This document shows, piece after piece, positions 58,360 through 64,000 of a stretch of 64,000 nt of DNA. The stretch is from Octopus vulgaris (Eukaryota). Both the position numbers and the translations under genes were made by a program. The notes beneath the pieces are model-generated. The model had not been told where the DNA came from. It was given only the letters and a program-made list of their open reading frames with translations, and did not search any database. How positions within the stretch are numbered: position 1 is the stretch's first letter; the number at the start of each line of letters is the position of its first letter. Location of the stretch: positions 40,176,001 to 40,240,000 of the forward strand of contig OX597826.1 in the NCBI GenBank assembly GCA_951406725.2, read 5' to 3'.

Positions 58360-60200
58360 GACTAAGACCTTTTACATCCTGTGACCAGCTTTACTTAGTA
58401 ACCTCCAGGATCGTAAAATAAGTACCATGGATAGCTTTTTTTATAGTCTAACTAAGCTATCGACAAGTTTTTGTGTCGTTTGTGACATTCTTCCAAGATC
58501 ATTTTATTGATGAGAAGCTGATCTTCACAACCATAGGACTCACGTTTACATCCTTTTTGTTCATTAGGCAATACGCCACTTTCTATTAAAAACTATAGGT
58601 ATATTCAGTCAAGACAAGTGTTAGTATTTTATACATTGTTATTTAGCAGGCTATGGATCTATAATTTTTTGGTTTATTTGTTTCTTCATTTTCGGGAGAT
58701 AGGAATATAACACCATTAAATAGCCAGGAGGGAATTATACTAGGTTGTTGCAAAACATTGCTGTAAAGTTTTTTTTAGCAGTTCATGACTTTCTGTGAAG
58801 GCATTCAACCAGAAGTTAGGAATTTTATCCTTTCCTGGATATTTCCATTTGCTTGATTTCCTGAGAGCAGATCTTACATCTTCTGCCTTGGTACCCTCTC
58901 ACTTTTGCTCTTCTGAGTAGTCTAAGTCAGTAGATATTCTATCACACCAAGGGGCCTTTCAATTCTGTGGCTTTTCTCCTGCCCAAATTTTATTCCAAAA
59001 TTCCTGCACTTGTTGTGATGGGACAGACTTTACTCTAAACTTTTTGGGGGTTATTTTTGAACATGTTGTTGCCCTTGAAGATTCTAACGCGCTTTTTATA
59101 CCGTGTTATGCGGGCAGCTTTAGCACATATCTTTTTCTTGATTTTTTCTATGGTGGTATCGATGTCAAGTATGGCTTTCATATTATATTTTTTCTTTAAT
59201 TTTTTATTTTTGTTGGTTTGATAGTCTTGTCAAACTTAATGTTTTTTAAACATTCTATGTCAGACCTATGTAGCTGAATTTGGTGTTGAATACGCTCTTG
59301 CCAAGTATGCTTTTTGTGGTAATGTTGTCGTTTTCTAATCTTTTCACCATATAGAACCTTTGAGATCTTCGCGGATGCATAGTAGAGGTGGTTGAGATCT
59401 GTAATATCAATATCATTAGATAAAATTATATCCTTAAGTGCAAGGCGGAGTTTACCAATTACTTTCAGGTTTTCATTAGAGTTCTTAGTTTTTGAGAGAG
59501 TGTCTCGTTTATTCATACCGGTTTCTTTAATTTTCAGCCATTCAATTATGATTTGCTTTGTTAGATCATGTAGTTCATTTAGGTCAATTTCTGTGTGACT
59601 TTCTTCATATATTTGATATTCATCTGCCTTGGAGTTTATGGCTGGTTCAGAAAGTATTTCACTTTGCTTATCAGTTATATTGATTCTTTTTATCATTACT
59701 GAATTTTCATCAGACCTGGGTTGGTCTATAATTATTTCCTCTGTAGTTTCTTCATTAGCTGCAACTTCATTCCCTTTATCCCTTTCTGATTGTTTAATTC
59801 GGTCAATCTCCAATTCAGTTAGTAATTTCTTTTTCATAATGCTTCTTCTGACGTTGGCAAGTTTGTTACTGTCTATGTAGGATATTAGTTCAAGGTGCTT
59901 CTGTCTCCAGTTTTCTAGGTTTGTTCTGTATTAAATCTATTTGTGGGGAAATACATGGCATGACAAAAGGCCGTAAGCACTTCTTTATTTTCTTCCCTAG
60001 ACCAGTTTTCGTTCTTTTACATTTGGTTGTTTAATTACGAGCGTGGATGGAATATTCCGGTTGTGGGGTACTTCCAGCTACTGTAATTCGGGAAGATTTG
60101 ACCCAGAAGTTGATCTTTCGGATCCAGTCTGGTTCCTCACTGGGGTACGCAGCCTTTATTAACACAGGTGACGGCTAATCCGGTTTGTATTTTGCTTTGT
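58360..60200 (-). pseudogene. 5' half of an R4/Dong element, degraded
   Basis: ORF 59196-59837 (N-terminal region, WQERI), [44 protein letters not shown]. Confidence 0.85.
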
Positions 60201-60546
60201 TATTATTGAAGTATGACGAACTTGCACGTTGACAGTAGGGGATGGATCTGTCTGTTTAGGGTTAATTTTTGAGACAACATCGCCTTCGAGTTCACTGAAT
60301 AAAAACACTGCTCGTAATGTAGCTTCTTAAGACTAACAGATCTGTATTCATCTGTGTATATATATTTTTTGTTAATAGATTTATCTCCGATTATAGTTTT
60401 TTTGTGGTGTTCCTCAATTTATGAACTGTTCACTCTGTCTGTGTTACTAGGAAATAATGTTTTGTTATACTTTGTTTTGCTTCGTTTTTGACACGTATTT
60501 TTATATGCGTGTATGTGTCCTGTAAATTTCAGGTAGGTTATGTAAA

Positions 60547-60595
<49 letters not shown>

Positions 60596-60599
<4 letters not shown>

Positions 60600-61060
60600 C
60601 CATCAAATTGACATTGCAGTAAAATATACGAAGCCCAGTATACCTATCATGACCACCCGTCTGATAACAGTACACCAGGTACATGCATTAGAGCCATATG
60701 TGCGCGACCTTGTTATCTCATATCAAGATAACCAGTGCATAACCTTGCAGGTGGGGCCCAGTTACAATTTTCTTCAGGTCGAGTAGCCTTTCCCGCTCAA
60801 AAGGTCGTTGAAGAAAAGTTGTCTAAGGATGTTGAACGAAACACTCATGTTTCCACACGTGAATTATCCAAACCCCAAAGAATTCCTCTCAACACTTGGC
60901 TCTGATGTCCCCCCACTGCTTCTACACGTTATCAGAGTTGCATCTAAGCGACATGCTCAATTGTTTAAAGTCAAACAACTGACAAACAAATCTGTCGTAC
61001 TCAACAGAATATTTTACTATAGCCCATCTTTTATAACAAGACAATGTACATGATAACACC
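60596..61060 (-). mobile_element. Second copy of the 11595-12136 repeat, abutting (TTA)n at 60550-60595
   Basis: Reverse-complement homology, also visible as the similar spurious ORFs 11641-11898 and 60808-61053. Confidence 0.8.
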
Positions 61061-64000
61061 AAGCGGGACTGTTACGCTGGACTGCCACATTAGATTAGCA
61101 AATAATATCGTTACTTTGATGTGCTCCTAGTGAATATTTCTCGTTGAGAGATTTAGGAACAACAAAGTTTATACACACAAACACAGATAGACACATGAAT
61201 ATGTATGTATATGTTAGAACGTCAGAGGGTGCTTGTGTGGGTGGGTAGATGTATTTATCAAAATTAATTGTTTGTTTTTTTTCCTGATTCATTTATTGAC
61301 GCCTTTCTTGAAATTTGAACGAAAACATGAAATTGCTTTTAACAGTAAAAGGGACTTAAGATGAAAGTCAAATATGGAAATTTTTTTCTTTTAATATTGG
61401 ATTATTAATGAAAATATTGTTCGGTCGTAAGTATCGATATGAAAAAAATATCTTTTAAACACTTTATAAGGGAATTATCAAAGTTAATGTCTCTGATCAA
61501 GAAGCAATAATCGTTTTCTTGTTTACCTTGTTTTCCTTCAGCAGATTTTCGTAAACAGAAATATGAAATACTATACAGAGTTGCAATTTTATAATGGGGT
61601 TTTAATATGTAGTTTACAAAGACGTTTACCAAAATGGTAGTGCCTTCATTTCCTTGAACTTACAAAAGAAGTAATTCTTTATACATGGATAGCTACGTAT
61701 ATACATATATTTCAATATACATATAGAAAAATACTCACAAATATTTCAATATACATATAGACAAATACCCACAAATATAAACAGATACACACATATGCAT
61801 ACATCTGTTTGTGTGCACGTACGCGTATCCCTGTGTGCATACATGTGGCTTTGAGAATAGAGTAATCTAAGAGTTCCAACTACGATCATCCCAACCTTAC
61901 CTCTAACAGCCTAAAACTATATCACGTTATGTGTCATTTCTATTCTAATTGATTTGAGGCCGATTTCGCTACTATTTGTAGATGGTGAAGTTGACCTGAG
62001 TTTACCCAGTTATTCGTATCCCAGATCAATTTTGACTGAGCGCAGATGTGATCAAATGCATCCCATTTATGACCATCCCGTCATCTTAGAAGTATGTCTA
62101 GAGTTACATTATCTAGTGTTCCCTTTAACGTTCATTATGAACAAGGTGCGATTATAGTGATATATAGCTGCAGTTTTCAGCAAATCGAGCGACATCGGAA
62201 AGATTCTTTCATTGATCCATTTAGTTGTACAAAGTGAACTGGAAATAAGAAGAAAATCCACGATGAAATTAAAACTATTTCCCCAACTATATAATGAAAA
62301 TCATGATTTATAAGATAACTGTCGTTACTTGAGGTCCCTGTGGTTATTTAACCACAGGTCTACTCTCCACATACAACCCTATAATCAAAGGCACTTCAGT
62401 CATGGTCCACACGTTTAGTATCAGACACAATCCAATCTATCCCGGTCTACATTAACTTAGGTTTTTTTTCTTTTTAAGACAGCAAGAAGCGTAGATTGAG
62501 AGAGATACTGCTCCTATTTCTAGCAGGTCGAGCAACCACATAGATCATGTGACTTGGTATGTGATGAACGAGATTCGATTCAGTAAAATTTGTCTACAGA
62601 TACTGGTTTTGCTAGTTTGAAACAATCAACAATTTGATTCTTCTGTGCAGTATAAAATTACGTGATTATATATTCCTTAAGAAAGGGACTGGAGCCTAGG
62701 AAAGAGAATACCAAGAGACCAATATTATAGAAGTAGCATATCGTTGGTGGTGGTGGTGGTATTATTGTTCTTGTTTTATTGTTATTTTTCTTATTGTTTT
62801 TGTTATTTTCTATTATTGTTGCTTTTAGTTGTTTTACTGTTATTGCCTTTGTCTTTGTTAATATTTTTGGCATTGTAGTTTTGTTCGTTGTAGTTATTTT
62901 TGTTATTATCTGTGACTGTCCTGTCTATGTATATCTAGAACTACATTGTCGGAATTGATTCCAAGAAGATTTGCAGCTATTTCTAACAGGTTGTGTGGCT
63001 GTTCAGGGGCTCCCTGGTGGTTAATATGTTATATAACAATACGAAATGGACAAGAACTGCAGTGGGAAAATGCGGGAAGATTAGAGAAATTCTATCCCTT
63101 AACAAAAGGCAGACATTTGATATTTGGTGAAGAGATTTTTGCTACTTAACCTTAAATTTACTCTGATTCACAAGACATATTGTCACAGGCGTCCTTCCAG
63201 TTCCCATCACCATACAGTATAGTTTTTAAACTAAGTAATCCAATGGGATACCGAAGACGGTATGAGAAGGAAGAAAAACCAAGGAACCAGAGCAAGAAAA
63301 ATTTCCATCGACCCAGGTAATGTGAAAAGTAAAGTCAACCATGACAGATTAGAACTCAGAATATAAACAGCAATAACTAAACATTGCAATGATTATTTTA
63401 CCAGAAAGTTATCGATCCTATTGTCGAACGTTACAACTACAAAGACGACAGATGTCCTATAAAAATATATTCTTCATATTGTACAGTACATACACACACG
63501 GTGTTGTTATTTTAAAGAAGTTGGGACGTTGGTGAATCGGAGTGGTTTCCTTCCTAATTGAAAATAATATTGAAATAAGAATATTATTGTAATCTTATCC
63601 AAATAGTAATTTTAATTAGAAGAGAACAATGGAATCTGTTTACACAAGAGATAAATCAAAAATATCTGGTCAACTGAGTGGACGACGATTTTCAATTATG
63701 CCAGTGAATTAGCAGGCATTAGAGCGTAGCGTGAAATCAGCTATTTCACTGACTTAGAAACGAAAGAAATCTGTCTACCAAAACAGGCTTTACCAATATG
63801 TTTCTTCGTATATCTTAACCACGAATTGAGATTATATTATGTTCCTTAGAGTAGCTGTAAGTTTGCCAACACTTCCAAAGTTAATCATGAAATATAACCG
63901 AGAAACATTTTTCGCCATTCACAGACTCAAAAAGCAACAGCACCTGACTCTAGTGTCATTACTGATTGTAGTTATTACATTGTTAATTTATTATTCCAGC

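Noticed and set aside
61970-63370. Several very old SINE-like remnants, also at 5590-5770
   Set aside because: Too diverged to delimit or classify by eye.

Overview
AT-rich eukaryotic DNA dense in microsatellites and transposon debris. The SINE families and repeat make-up resemble a cephalopod (Octopus-like) genome; this is inferred, not searched. I recognise no host protein-coding exon, so this is probably intergenic DNA or a large intron, and almost all listed ORFs are microsatellite artefacts. Recognisable contents: (1) a head-to-tail stack of R4/Dong-type (RT plus restriction-like endonuclease) non-LTR retrotransposons in a (TAA)n tract, including one uninterrupted ~2.3-kb reading frame; (2) a Tx1/L1-clade LINE embedded in (GATA)n; (3) Tc1/mariner remnants with DD34E-like, DD37D and DD41D spacing, plus CR1, RTE, Helitron-like and SINE fragments. 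The most striking feature is a set of non-coding elements carrying type I hammerhead ribozyme motifs. The main one is a young array at 26138-28650: about 3.7 tandem 545-nt monomers plus one inverted monomer, each with a complete hammerhead core, resembling a retrozyme or Penelope pseudo-LTR. Four other hammerhead-bearing element types occur, some with non-canonical cores, and all abut (TA)n. Boundaries of degraded elements are approximate; all folds and alignments were done by eye.
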